The position numbers and the translations under genes were made by a program. Of a stretch of DNA of 64,000 nt, positions 24,426-38,158 are shown one piece after another. Positions within the stretch are counted from its first letter, which is position 1; every line of letters begins with the position of its first letter. The notes below the pieces were generated by a model that ran no database searches, was not told the origin of the DNA, and worked only from the letters and a program-made list of their open reading frames with translations. Origin of the DNA: Podarcis vaucheri (lineage: Eukaryota); assembly GCA_965113315.1 (NCBI GenBank), contig OZ220363.1. The stretch is one strand, 5' to 3'.

Positions 24426-25579
24426 TTTTGCTATCTTTCATTTTCCTTCCTCCCATTGAAATGGAGGGAAGCTGTTCCTCCTTGAAACACTAAAACAAAA
24501 TAGTATGCCGCAGATGATAATGATTCCTTATTTCCTACCGCAAGGGGCTTCTCAGGACAACCCTCTGCATTTGCCAACAGTCTCAGCCAGCAACACCAGG
24601 GGAGATGGTGTGTATTTGCCCTATCTACTCCTACTCCATCGTCTCCAAACATTGAATTGATTAGGCAGCAGTCTATCCCTTTTGAGTATTTCCCGCCATT
24701 GCTGAAGCTTGAAGAGCCTTTTTATGTAGGGAACTTTGAACTGGGCCTGGAAATGCACTGGTGGTTGGTGCAGAATCAGTGTCATATGCTCTCAACTTCC
24801 GCACCAATAGAAGTCTCTACACTGTCTTCAGGGGCGTGCTTTTGCTTGCCTTTGGATAGTACACATTCATTCAGGAGCCTTTGAAAACAATAGTAGCTGA
24901 AGATTTCTTAAAGTCTTTCAGAGACGTGAAAAGATTCAGGGCAAGCTGCCAAAAGGGGGTGAGATTTAAAATTGGAAATCATTGACCTTGTTGTGGGAGT
25001 CAACACAGACATTTAGTTTCCCTGTGTACTGTGGATTCCAATCTTCTGAAGATGTTGTAACTTTCAACATGCCCTTAGTTAAACTGAGCAAACATAAAGT
25101 ATTTGAGAATCAAATCCTCTCCTCTTCCAACATCTTATTGCAGACCTTTGGATTCCAGGTCTCTTGTGAAGCCAGACTGAAGGGAGGAATTACCTATATT
25201 TATTTTATCCTGTTTTTCAGACAAAATTGTCCCCCAAAACAGTTCACATCAAAGGCGGGGGGGGGAGAGGTGTAAACTAATGAATACTTCTGGAACTCTC
25301 ATATTGAGTCGTAGTGAGTTAATAATACAGGCTGAAACTATGTTGTTAATAAGAGCTAGGTGTCTATGAGCTGCGGCATCCAGAATCGAGGACTCAGCTT
25401 GGTACAGAATTCAAATTAACCACATAGAGGTCGTCTATTGAGTAATAAATAATGTAATCCTGCCGCAAGTGACCTTGCTATTTGGTTTTATTCTGCAAAT
25501 CATTTTCTCATCTGTAAAATAGTTGCAAACCTCAATACTTGCTTCCCTTGGGATTGATCTGGAAGTTGCTATCGGTGCA

Positions 25580-25860
25580 AAATGCTGCAGCCAGGTTGCT
25601 GAGTGGAGGTGCACACATATTACACCTCCGCTGAGAGAACTGCACTGGCTGGCAATCACCTACCAGGCCACATTCAAGGTTTTGTTGTTAACATATAAAG
25701 CTCTGACCAAGCTTAGGACCACCTGCCCTTGTATGGACCTGTAAGATCACTTACTGTAGATCGTCTCGGGAAATTCTACTTATGGTACCACATACTGAAA
25801 AATATCACAGGACAGTGATCCCCAAACAGGCATTTTCTGCGATTGCTCCTGTATTATAGT
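25580..25860 (+). mobile_element. L2 LINE fragment
   Basis: Translates HITPPLRELHWLAITYQATFKVLLLTYKAL. Confidence 0.75.
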
Positions 25861-27399
25861 ATTTCCTCTCTGAAAATGCCTTAATAGCTATTTGTCTTTC
25901 CACACTGGATATGCTGGCGAATATCCAACATCCATATGTTGGTGCATATGCATTTTGTTGCTAAAGAATTGGCAGCAATGAAGTCTGGAAAAACAGAGGA
26001 GGGCAACAGTTCCTGGCTCTTTCAGGCAAGTTGCATATATTTTAAGGGATCCACTCATTGTGCCTACATATTTTCTGAAGACCTCAGCACATTTGTTTAT
26101 TTGGACTATATGCAGGAAGGCAGGTCAGAGCTGTGTTTGTTCACCATCATATTTCTGACTTTCCGTTCGTTTAAATTGACTATTTGTAAGGTTATTCGGA
26201 ATGTTGACGTCTTGTGCCTTCATTTGCTGTATCTGGATCATTTCTTTATCGGGCAGTTGTCAAACCCCTTCCACCTCTTTGCATGCTGAGCTGCAAGAAA
26301 GCTTTCCATTTTGAACGGGAGAAAGTTACAGATTCCAATGCAAGGCCAAAGTGGGAATAAAGCCTCCATGTAACCACTGACCTGAGGGCCTAAATGCAAT
26401 TAAGTTATTAAATTGAGAAAAGCTTAATTAATGTTAGCAATAAAACAGAATGCCAAGAGCGTGGACTGAGTGGGAAAGAGCTGCTGGAGGACTGAAGCTC
26501 ACGTGCCTCTTGAGAAATGAAGGAAGGAGCAGCCTGTGCAAGCAGCAGCTGAAATTGTAGCAGCGGTGCTGCAAGCTGCTCGTTTTTTTTATGACAGGCC
26601 ATAGCACATAAACATGGAGATGTGGCATTTCCCAGCCACACTGCCAATATATGGACCTTTGAGAACGGGGAAGCGCTATATCCTCCTTCATAAATAGAGA
26701 AGGTGAGACAGGCAAGTTCCTGACTCAGCAGCGGGGTGGGGGGGAGGCTTACGTGAAGGCCTGGACAATGTAGAAGCTGGAAGGTGAGATGCATAGCAAG
26801 GAGGCTGGAGCCGTGGCTGATGGCAGTGGGGTGAAGTATTTCCAAGATGGGGGGTTGCACCCTCCACTAATGAGGAGCAGAATATACTGCTGTTTTCAGT
26901 AGAAGTCATATTTCCTCTCCCTCAGGCACACTTCTAGTTAGGCCTGTGATTAAATAGACCTTGCGCTAACAATATCTCTCTCTCCCCCCCCCCCATCTCT
27001 CCCTGTGGTAATTTCCCAAAGCCCTTTCCCTTCAAATGCTCACTTACATTGGATAAATGATTTTTCAAGTGCCGTTTCTCACCTGAGGACAGCAGAAAAG
27101 GCCTCGAGCTCTCTGAAGGGAAAGAGGCGCAGAGATTCTTTTTCCCCATCAGAGTCACTGGCTAAGATGAAGTGGATTGTAAAGGAAAACGTTCTCTAGC
27201 AGTAATTGAACATAAATCCTTTACAGGTAATACATAAACCATGAAAAATTATCACCAATTACCTAGATTTAATCTGGACCTGGCTTGGAAAATCCCTGTG
27301 GGTTTCTCGTGCTTAAAAATGTCCAGATGCAGACAGCGAGCCTCCTTCTGTCCCAGACTCTCAGGGCTGCCTCTCTCTCTCTTTCCTTTTGCGCTACAG

Positions 27400-27670
27400 C
27401 TCTCTCCTGGGTCTGAGGATGATGAGGGACATGACAGTGCCAGCCGAGAAAACCTGGGCCGGATCCAGTTTAGTGTTGGCTACAATTTCCAGGAATCCAC
27501 CCTAACTGTCAAAATATTGAAAGCTCAAGAGCTACCAGCCAAGGATTTCAGTGGCACAAGTGACCCTTTCGTCAAAATTTACCTCCTACCAGATAAAAAA
27601 AATAAGCTGGAGACAAAGGTGAAAAGGAAGAATTTAAACCCACATTGGAATGAGACCTTTCTCTTTGAAG
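27400..27670 (+). CDS. SYT7: Synaptotagmin-7 exon, start of C2A domain
   Basis: Boundaries are tacag|CTC...GAAG|gtatgt. Translates [90 protein letters not shown]. Confidence 0.98.
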
Positions 27671-28039
27671 GTATGTAAAATGGTCCAGGTTTAGGGTGCT
27701 GGTTATGGAGGCCAAGAATTTGCTCTGGCTTCAGGCAAGTTACTTAACAAATCTTCCGCATGCCTCAGTTCTGTTCCTGTTACATGTGGTCATGTTTTCC
27801 TTCAATGTCTGATTTCAAGGGCAAGCAATGTTAGTGGTGGCATAGAGCAAAAATGCAGTTGTGCAGAATACAGTACTTGTAGCCAAACAGGAAAAGAGGA
27901 TAACAGAGCACTAACCCATTTAATCCAGTGCCAGTCTTCTCCTGCAAACAGCTGGGGTCAGTTATCACACTTCACATAATAGGCTAGAAATACTTCAGCA
28001 CGTCTGCAGCTGCACATAGAGACTGTTACATTTGAAAGC

Positions 28040-28310
28040 CACTCATTATGCAAAGAGTCGTCACACTCATGTCACAGAGGCTTCCAAGAACACAGTACTG
28101 ACATGAAGATTCTCCACTTGGTCAGGGTAGTCTATATGAAGAGTAACCTCCAAACGCCATCACATGAAGGCATCGCCACTGGTAATATGAAGCCGTGTAC
28201 ATATTCTGGGAATAGGCACCATCTACAGTGATACCAGATTAGCGTCACTTCCCATGTTGCATTTTATTCATGGATATGCATCTGAAACTATGGTCCTTTC
28301 CCAAAAATTA
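28040..28310 (-). mobile_element. Highly decayed RTE-clade LINE fragment
   Basis: Frameshifted translation only loosely resembles the RTE C-terminal RWLGH...RIP...GE motif. Confidence 0.3.
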
Positions 28311-29270
28311 TAATGTGGCAGAGATTATATATGTGACTATGTATGAATGGGACAAGGACATGTCCCAGACTGTGGGAGCAACTTAAAATTCATCTCTGCA
28401 AGAGTTATAAATCCTTCCTGCATGTGATTTTTGACATGAAAGCATCTTGTGGGCGCACTCTTATCAGGTAGTATGAAAATGCCTGGGATGAGGGGCATTG
28501 CAATACATTTTCCTCTCCTCAATGCATCTTTAAGGTGCCCTCTTTCACATGAATAAACCAGGAAGCAGTTTTAAGCAAACAGTCATTTTGACAAATGATG
28601 ACTTTCAGGCTGCACCAGTTCCTTGCACTGTTTTAAGATCACACAAGAATGAGAGGATGCAGACATACCCTAAAGAAAATTGTGATCTGTCAAGTATGGC
28701 ATCAAGTCATACCATGGTCTATCTATTCCATGGGGCCAGTTTGTGCCACATAACATATCATTCTTCTGCTTTATCTACTGTCTTGCTTCCTGCCAAATCA
28801 GATCGTGCCCTTAGTCCATCACATTTAATACTCGACCTCAGGGGAATGGCCAGAGCCTTACGCTACCAGAGAGAGGCCAAAAACCTTCACTAGTGATCTA
28901 AGTGCAGTGATGGATAAGGCTGGGATTCCTTCCTGGCCCTTATAGCAGCCAGCCAGTTCCCTGAAGCATTAGGTTTGATTGATGAAGTTGGATTACTACT
29001 CACTCATCTGGAATACCTACAAATGTTATTCAAGGCTGCAAGATTGCCCAGAAGCATGGGTTCCTTCACCCATGTATGGCCTGGGCCAGTCATGACCACT
29101 TCTCCATTGGCAACCTGAATACAGTGATAGATGCTAATGTGGAAAAAACCTGTGCATGCAGCAGAATAACCATTTTCACTTGCATCTAGGCTTAACGTTG
29201 AGGCTCCCTTTACTGTGGTTGCCTGCATGTCGTCTCTCATCTTTTCTTCCACTCCTTTTGCTTTTGGCAG

Positions 29271-29440
29271 GTTTCCCATATGAGAAAGTGGTTCAGCGGG
29301 TGCTCTATCTACAGGTTCTGGATTATGATCGGTTCAGTCGTAACGATCCCATTGGGGAGGTGTCCATTCCCCTCAACAAAGTGGACTTGACCCAGATGCA
29401 GACATTCTGGAAAGAACTAAAGCCCTGCAGTGATGGGAGT
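29271..29440 (+). CDS. SYT7: Synaptotagmin-7 exon, C2A second half
   Basis: Boundaries are ggcag|GT...AGT|gtaaga. Translates (G)[56 protein letters not shown]. Confidence 0.98.
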
Positions 29441-29680
29441 GTAAGATCCTTGCTTTGTTTTGAAACAGGGGGCTGATCCAGAATATCCAAGGTTGGCTCA
29501 GGGCATGCATGCATTGGGGGCTGGCCATATATTATTCCTAATTCCATGCGGAATGAGGAAAGCTGGCTAGATCCTGAACAGTGTTGGGGTGATTTCTGTT
29601 CAAAGTTTACAGTGGGGAATCGGGGGCGGGGGGTGATGTTACATAATAATTCCTCTATCTCTGCTAACTCTTCTCTGCAG

Positions 29681-29795
29681 GGAAGCCGAGGAGAGCTTCT
29701 CCTGTCACTTTGCTACAACCCTTCAGCTAACTCCATTGTTGTGAACATTATCAAAGCTCGGAATCTTAAAGCCATGGACATCGGGGGAACATCAG
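29681..29795 (+). CDS. SYT7: Synaptotagmin-7 exon, start of C2B domain
   Basis: Boundaries are ctgcag|GGA...TCAG|gtatgg. Translates [38 protein letters not shown]. Confidence 0.98.
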
Positions 29796-30199
29796 GTATG
29801 GGGTTCCGTAGCAGCTCTTCTTACGCAGTGGCAAATAGTCTTAGATTTAAAGCTCTTACTTACTTTGCCAAACCTTTATTAGGCGTTACAAATATGGGCC
29901 ATCATAAAACATCCATATGGTCTGGCACATTCAAATTACATCCTCAATGTCTATTGTTTCTCGGGATGTTTAAGTATCTTCCCTTGACAAAAGCTGAGGG
30001 GAAAACGTTCAGTCAGGCTAACATAAAGGCCCTGCGTTGGACTGGATTTATTAATTTTGAAATATAAGTGATCCTGTTGTCTGTTGTATTTAATCCCTAG
30101 AACTTGGGGGAGCAATTTTTATTTACAGCTGATTCAATGCTTTGTATTTCAATGACCCCTAATCTGGTTTGAATATTGCAATAAATATATTGCTCACCT

Positions 30200-30560
30200 G
30201 AATTATACAAGAGTTCCAAGTCAATACCAGCAGATCTAATGTTGCTATGTAAGAATTGGAACCATCTGGATTTATAAGAGTCCTTATGTAAGTCAGAAAG
30301 CAGACTTGAAGGTTGTCAACGAAAATGGCAATGCAACCAGTATTTTATAGTGCTAGGCCGCATCCAATATTCCATCGTGTGTATACCTAGTTCTGCACAC
30401 ATCGTCTCATACTTGATTGAACTTGGGAGCCCCAGGATATGTCTCAAGAAACTTGAGTGTATCTTATCTAAATCACTTTTATATGCTTGTATTTGTATTG
30501 GGATCCCAAAAAGTAGCTGGGACAACACTTTAGGTAAAAGACTTAAAGCAAACCACCAAT
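30200..30560 (-). mobile_element. Non-LTR retrotransposon ORF2 fragment (RTE-X-like)
   Basis: Translates QLLFGIPI...IHSSFLRHILGLPSSIKYETMCAELG...IKYW, a post-RT thumb motif. Confidence 0.65.
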
Positions 30561-30644
30561 GACCATTTCCTTAGAGTTCTGTGCACTTACTGGTTTCAAG
30601 TAAACCTGGCGAGAATCAGAAGCTATTTGATTTTCAGGTGTTGT

Positions 30645-30675
<31 letters not shown>

Positions 30676-31344
30676 GGGTCTCCTCCCAAAGGAGCCTGTC
30701 ATGTGTTATGCCCATCATCCCCAGCTGACAGAGAGTGAAAGAACAAATGCCTTCAAACTGACCTGCCTCACCTTCTGAGTAGAGAAGCTAGCATAGCCTA
30801 CTTGACAAAAAACCAAGACAATGTGCAGATTAATATCTTTATTGAATTTCTTCTGATCAATGCTAGAAGATTTATAGAGCTGTGGTTCTTAAACTGAGGT
30901 ATACTTTTAAGTGACCCTTGATCCTACAATGGAAATAACAGAGCATGCTACTGAAGAGAGAGTTTCTGTCTGATGCTGAAAGGGCAACTCACATTTCAGT
31001 TTCATTTCTATATGTTAAACAGAAAAGTCCTTTATCTTTTGTGTGCTCCATGTGATGGAGCCACCTTGCTGAAGCTAAGCAGCTCTGGGCCTGGCCAAGG
31101 CACGGGTGGGAGGCTCTCTGAGAGCTCAGTGAGAAAAAAATTGTAGAATATTAGTGCAAACGGCTGCAGTGGGATGGTAATATGGGGCCTGAATGTGGCC
31201 CTCCAGGCCTCTCTTGTCTGGCCCTTGGGACTCTCTCGAGGCCACCACCTCACCTCAGACCAGTCCTCCTATGTACCTTTCCTTGAGAGTTTTTGCCTGG
31301 CTGGGATGTGCCCTTGATCTTTAATAATGCCTCTTGCTTGGATG

Positions 31345-31476
31345 CAGTGGCGTAGCGTGGGGGGTGCAGGGGGGGCCGGGCGCAACATCTGGGGGTTAGG
31401 GGGCACAAATCCACGGGTTAGGGGGCGCAAATTACTTGCCTTGCCCCGGGTGCTGACAACCCACGCTACGCCACTG
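31345..31476. mobile_element. 132-bp hAT MITE
   Basis: Perfect 17-bp TIR CAGTGGCGTAGCGTGGG and perfect 8-bp TSD CTTGGATG. CpG-rich and followed by (GGAT)n. Confidence 0.9.
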
Positions 31477-32907
31477 CTTGGATGGATGGATGGATGGATG
31501 GATGGATGGATAGATGGATGATAGGGGTGTGCGAGTAAGTACAGAAACTACTGTACTGTACAGAAGTAAAAATTGTATTCATTGCTTTGCCCAATTTTGC
31601 ATCTGACTTCCCTGCCCCTCAGCCATACACATAGGTCCCCTTCAGGCATGCATATGTCTTTGTTAAGTCCTGGCCAGTGTACAAAAAGTGAAGTTTTATT
31701 TGGAAATCTGCCAAATACTTTCCTTACAGTGGGCATAAAGACAGACAATGGAGTGGCCTTGGAAGAGCAGGTACATCAGAATAGCAGTGCACATACCATT
31801 AGGTTTAAAAACTACTAGAAGTTTCTTTGTTCTATAATGGGATCGGTATTTCCCCTATTATGGTCTGTACCAGAAGGACAAACTGCTTTCATCCTTTTTG
31901 CAGCTTGTAATGGGGGAAATATAAACATATTACTTTCTTGATTTCTTTTACATTTTTTTAGTTCTAGGGTGGTATGCCTCCACAAGTGTGTAACACTGTG
32001 CAATGTAATAAAATGTTATCACAAGGTAATGTGATTGAATTGTTTTATTGCTCTTAGATTTTATCTCACTTCTGCAGACTAAATATCTCATACGTAAGAC
32101 TACAGTCTCTAATTACACTGTACCTAATGAGCAGCGAAAGCTTGCTTGATTTTTCTCTCTTCTGCATTGAGAAGAATGGAGTTTACTAGTGAGGAGACAG
32201 GCTCTCTGTCCTGGAAAGCTCTGGAAGCAGAAAACCTGAATGTTTGACCTTGTTTTTTAAACATCCCATAAGCAGTGCTGCGCTGGAATGTGATGGTTAA
32301 GGAATGGTGGGAACTCCGGTTAAGAATAAACCTCTCAGCCTGAAGGGCTGGTTGTAGAAGCAAGCAAACTAGAAAACGTTGTCACCAGCTGTAAAGCTGC
32401 TGGCTGTAACAGACTGACATGGCTCTGCTGGTTACCAAGAGACCGCAAAACACCAGTCTTGGCTGGTATTTGAAGCCTCAAACATAGAACCGAGGACAGC
32501 ATAGCCCATTCTGCATCAGAATTGGAAAGCTGATTGTAAGTGGCCATTGACAGAAATAACTGGGAGGATTACTTGAATAAACTGGCATAAATGGCTTGGA
32601 AAGAACATTAACTGCAGGGCAGTTTAGACTGGGGCATGTAATTTAATAAGTGGCTCATTTCCCATGAGGAAGGCAAGTGAACAGCTGGAACCTTTCCATG
32701 TACCGTACATAAAACTGAACCCTGTATTTTTGAAACTGATGTAGGTGCTTCTTTGGGGCAAAAAGAAACAAATGATCCATTGCTACCCAGTTTTATAACA
32801 TCTGGAGCCTGGGTACTGGGGTGCTCCTTCTGGGTACCTCTACCACTCCACCTCCCCTCCACAGTAAATTATGTCCCAGTGATGTTATCCTCTGTTTCCT
32901 GTGCCAG

Positions 32908-33107
32908 ACCCCTACGTGAAGGTGTGGCTGATGTACAAAGACAAACGGGTGGAGAAGAAGAAGACGGTAGTGATGAAGCGGTGCCTGAACCCAGTCTTTA
33001 ATGAGTCCTTCATCTTCGACATCCCCACAGAGAAGCTGAGGGAAACGACCATTATCATCACTGTCATGGATAAGGACAGGCTCAGCCGGAATGATGTCAT
33101 TGGAAAG
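32908..33107 (+). CDS. SYT7: Synaptotagmin-7 exon, C2B core
   Basis: Boundaries are gccag|AC...AAG|gtgagt. Translates (D)[66 protein letters not shown]. Confidence 0.98.
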
Positions 33108-35018
33108 GTGAGTTGTCCTCCCAGTTGAGAAGCTCCCGGAGCCCAGGACAAGGCCTTTCCAGCTGGGGTTGGCTGAATTTAGGCAGCAGGTCAGTGGACA
33201 GGGAGGTTGTTCCACACACAGCTGTGTATGGAGGGCCACCAGTGACTGGAGCTTGTTTCTGTTCCTGTGTTTATTTCTTCACAGATTTGTCCATATAAGT
33301 AGATTAAAAATGAAACTTAAAAGGGAATATTGAAATCTACCCCCACCCCTGGGATCTACTATGTTCTCAAACCATTTAGTAAAGTCAACAGAAATAAGAA
33401 ATCAGTACAAACCACAAGGGTGGGGAGCATGTTTGCCCATCTGGATTTAAGTTTCACATCCCTCACGGTTCCTCTTCAGTGATACCCATGAGTGCAGATG
33501 TCTTGTTAGTAGTACTATTAATTAGGCAGCGGCAGTAACATGCCAACATAATGCATAGTAGTATTGACAAAAGCATTAGTTAAAGAAGACATGTCCCTTC
33601 CTCCAAGGAGCATACAATCTAAATGCCAACAGTGTGGGGTACTTAAAGAGGAGAAAGGAGATGAGAAAGTCAAGAGAAATAAAGGATGAATGTGAGCAAA
33701 TGTAGCTAACACCTGCTGAGGCTTCATTTCTGTTGGGGATGAGCATTAAGCCAAAGGCCTTGCGTACTGGAGAGGGAGGGAGGGAAGGAGAAGGTATTGG
33801 CACCACATAGTTCTGGGAGAGAGTTCTAGGCAGCATGTTGTGTCCAATGTACTCATTCCATTAGCGCAAGGATTTCTCCTTGCACAACAAAATTTTCCTC
33901 CTCTCTTCTCTCCCCGCACACATCCTGTGCCCCCCCCCATCTTCCCTGAGGTTGAGGGAACCCCTAAAATAAATTTGGGTGGGTGCTGCAAAGGAAGAGA
34001 GGAGGTTCTTGGGCTGACAGAACGCTCATGTAGTGCTGCTTTGGATATAGCCTATTAAGTTCATCAGAGGAGAATGGCCATAGTCATTTAAGAAAGCAGG
34101 AGGCTTTCAGGTTGCTAAAGGTGGTAGACTTAGAGGAGTGAAAGTTGCAGGTGAAGATATAATGAGAAATATGGGCAGAAAGGTAGCTGTTGGGGTAGAG
34201 AGTTGTGGCAAGGAGAGAGATGCCTCTCGCTTGCTTTAAGCTTCAACTATTCTAAAAAAATTGATGATTTCATACACGCGCAGAATGCTGGGGCCAGAAG
34301 TGGTTTTGTAATAGTCAGTGAGCAGGTCTGCTTCACATGAAAATATTGCTACACACCCCCTCAATCTCCAAGCAGTGAGAGATTCTAGGGGTACCAGGCG
34401 CACTTACCAGGACCTGTGTTTCCTTTTGGAAACCACAGCGGAATCTGTGGTGTCTTTAGGATATATGGCTTATTTACACATATGTACAACTTGCGTCTGC
34501 GTGGAGAGAGTGCAAAGCATTTACATCCCAAGAGCGTCCTGTTCCTCTCATTGCTACAGCTTCCAATTCCAAGAGATCCCAAATACCGTGTCTGACCCTC
34601 TCTGCAGTATAAAAGAGACTGCCTGCCTCGTACTCTGCCCCCATCGTCTCCGGCTTGCAAAACTGGCACTTTTTCCCTGTTTGCTTATCTCATCATCCTC
34701 TGCAATTCTGGCCCTCCCTCCTTAAACTCTGACCTTTAGTCTCTGCTATCTTTCACCTTAGGGAAGGGCTTTCCCCATTTTCTCTCTGGCCCAGAGAGTC
34801 TCCGTTAATGACCTTCTTAAATGGGTTAATGACTCGGCCATTCGCGTTATTATCTCTTGATGGTTCTTTTACCAGATAAAATTATTAGACATGGTAAAAT
34901 TGGTTTAAACTCCAGTCCCCACTAGGTTCTGAAATTTAGGGGTTTGCTTAAATTCTAACCTTTTACAGAATTCTGATATTTTAGGAGAGCCTATCCCCCC
35001 CTCAAACCTATAACACCA

Positions 35019-35244
35019 CAGTGGTACCTTGGGTTAAGTACTTAATTCGTTCCGGAGGTCCGTTCTTAACCTGAAACTGTTCTTAACCTGAAGCACCACT
35101 TTCGCTAATGGGTCCTCCCGCTGCTGCTGCACCGCAGGAGCACGATTTCTGTTCTCATCCTGAAGCAAAGTTCTTAACCCAAGGTCCTATTTCTGGGTTA
35201 GCGGAGTCTGTAACCTGAAGCGTATGTAACCCGAGGTACCACTG
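35019..35244. mobile_element. Tc1/mariner (Tigger-like) MITE
   Basis: TIRs CAGTGGTACCTTGGGTTA / TAACCCGAGGTACCACTG with TA at the right end. Same family as 50385-50599. Confidence 0.85.
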
Positions 35245-37085
35245 TATATATCTGGCCAGCAGAGAAAAAGCTAAGTACTCTCCTCCTACTCCATCACCAC
35301 TTCTTTGCTCTAAACTGCAGCCTCCTGAGGGGGCTTTTCATTTTGAAAAATAAAATAAAATTGGGGACTCGATTATATGCCTTTGTGTGTGGCATGCAAT
35401 TTACCCCAAAGCAAGCCCAACTGTATTTATACTGTGCCTGACAGATGTTTGTCTAACATTCACTTTGACTTTTGAAACTGGAATGTGAAACACAGCGGCT
35501 GATCAATCAATGTGTTTCTGCCAATATGATTTTGGCAGTGTTACGCTTTCATTACCACTGGTTTTCTTCTGTCAAGGGTTTCAGCTACCTTACCTTGGAA
35601 TAGCAAGTTCCTTATGAAGTACTAAGAAAGAAACACCTAAGTATATAGGTGGATACATCATCAGCACAATCTCGGCTGCATCTAAAGGTCTGAACTCAAA
35701 ACCCCAAATCAGTAGTCAGAAAACTCAAATGCCTTGATCCTGACCTTTGTGAGTGCTCAGAAGCGATCTGCCTTGTCTCACAAGCTGTCCCATTTTCATT
35801 TCAGTGGAAAGAGCTGGTCCCCCTAGATAAATGAATAAACATACAGATCAACTTCTTTCTTTGAAATGAATGAGAAAACTCTTCTGGACTGGTTCTTTTT
35901 GCAAGGCACACCTACACAGAAGAGTCTATGAGAGAAAGTCTCATGAAAAAGAAGGGGGAAACCACAAAGCACTTCCTGATAAAGAATTTATTTTGAAACC
36001 TGTTGGGCCCTTTTTTCAATTAAAAAATCCTGCCTTCAGTCTTTTCAAAATAAACTGCCCAAATTATCATTAAGACAAAGCTGCTCTCTCTCTTTCTTTT
36101 TCCCCCTTTTGGTGCTGCCTCCCCCCTCCGCTTTCCTAGGCAGAGTTGTTCGCTGTATGCATTTGACCTCCTGTATCCAGAATAGATTGATGGATCCAGG
36201 CAAGATGCTGTGATTATGATAAATTATGCAAATTGAATACATTGTCATGTATCTACTTTGTAAGATGTATTCCTGTGGCAAATGTTGCAAGGGTCGCAGG
36301 ATTTTTACCGGAAAGGAGAGTAGTGTAGGGTGCTGGGATAAAATAGTGATTGGAGATCACAGGGGAGGGATATGTAAAGAGGAAATATTGTCCTTTAGGC
36401 CTTGGAAGCAGCAGCAGCATCAGCAGGCTCTTTCTCTGGCATCAACTGCTTTTCAGGGGAAGGTTCCTTATTTCTTTTTAACTTGTACCATTTCTAGGTC
36501 TTTCATGCAATTTATAAATAATAGATTGTATGATGATAATGAGACCTATAAATGTACTTTCAGAAAATAAATAAAGCTGAACTCCTGACAGTTCTGAATT
36601 AGCTGCTCCCTGATTCTGCATAAAGAAGCCAGGGCCTCTTGTCTACCCCCTCAGAGTACAGCATCAGTTAAATTCCAGAGTATGAATATGCATCATTTGT
36701 TGCATAATTCCTGTGCAGGTTCTCTGACTCGTTTACAGCCAACATAAATCACAACACAGGTGATCTGCCTTGTATGTCAATATTATCCAGATAAGGAGTT
36801 TCAGGGTGATCATGAGGTGGAATTCACATGGTGCAATTTATATGGAGAGGACAGCACATGGGAATGACCATGTACTCCACCTTCCCCACAATCATGCTTC
36901 CCCATCCTGCCAAACAGCTGAAGCATATTGTTTGGCAGGCAGTAGAGGGGGAGAAATGCAATTTACATGCAGAATATGCATGCCAATTTGCATGTGGGGA
37001 GTGGCTTGGGCTCCAGCTGCACTGAAGGTCTCCAGGGGACCAATGTGGGCCACAGTTTGCTCCCATGTGTTTTAAGGAAAAACTA

Positions 37086-38158
37086 CCGTATTTTTCGCTC
37101 TATAACACGCTCCCAACCATAACACGCACGTAGTTTTTAGAGGAGGAAAACAAGAACAAAATATTCTAAATAAAACAGTGGATGTATGATTTTTGTGGTT
37201 CATGCTATGGCCACAGACTTTGTGATCTGATGGTGAATTTGGGGTGACCCAGTGCAAAAATCCTGAGGATCCATGTGGATCCGTGCTTTGTAACCACGTT
37301 TTAAGTGGGGAGGGAAGGAAAAGCACTCAAGGGACAAGGAGCAGTGTGGGGGGTGTGGAGAAGGAGCTTTTCGGGGAGCTGAGCGGGGAGGAGGGAGGGA
37401 AAGAGCACTGTTGCTTTAAAGGTATACTTAAGGTATTTGCCCTGTGCCTGGTTTTTTTTTCCATTTAACAGTTTGCAGCCTTTTCCTTCCGCTCCTTGTT
37501 TTGAGGCAGAATAGATTTGAGCAAGTGAGGAGGACTTGGATTGCAGGGGATTCGCCATTAGCTGTGTAAAAGCGCTCCTCCTTGCAGCCTGAGTGATAAA
37601 CAGCCACCAGCAGCAATAAAATGGAGCACAAAAAAGAGATAGGGGCACTAGGACCCAGACAATGCTCAAATCTATCCTGCCTGAAAACAAGCTGCTCAGT
37701 CCCATCGGATCAGCTGAGGATCAGCTGAGACACAGGGGATTTGCGAAGTTTTCCCCTCTCCCTCATCCCAAGCCTTTTTTTTTTTTTAACTTCCTGGTTT
37801 TCACTGCATGGCTCAGAGCTAGAGGTTGGTTTTATTTTGCTGCTGGTTGCTTAAATTTTATCTTTCCTGCTGTCCCTCTGCAGCCTCATTGCTCTGTTTA
37901 GAGAGCGCGCAGACCTTTGCTAGTCTGTCCCTCCTCCGTGTCCGCTTTGCTGCCATGGCTCTCCCTCCCTCCTCCCCGGCTCCAGGTCGCTTTAAAGCAA
38001 GCAAAGCGAGAGCCTCATAGAGCGTGTAAACGGCTCCCGCTTTGCTTGACTGACGGCAGCCATGGCTCCGATCCGTGCATTCGCTCCGTAACAGGCACAA
38101 GCATTTTCCCTTACTTTCTAGGAGCAAAAAAGTGTGTGTTTTGGAGCGAAAATTACGG
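37086..38158. mobile_element. Non-autonomous Tc1/mariner (pogo-like) element, about 1.07 kb
   Basis: TA flanks and TIRs CCGTATTTTTCGCTCTATAACAC / GTGTTTTGGAGCGAAAATTACGG. No transposase ORF. Confidence 0.85.

Noticed and set aside
27241-27399. ORF-track N-terminal extensions of SYT7 exons (also 29156, 29546, 32901)
   Set aside because: These are intronic read-through upstream of clear splice acceptors, not real start codons.
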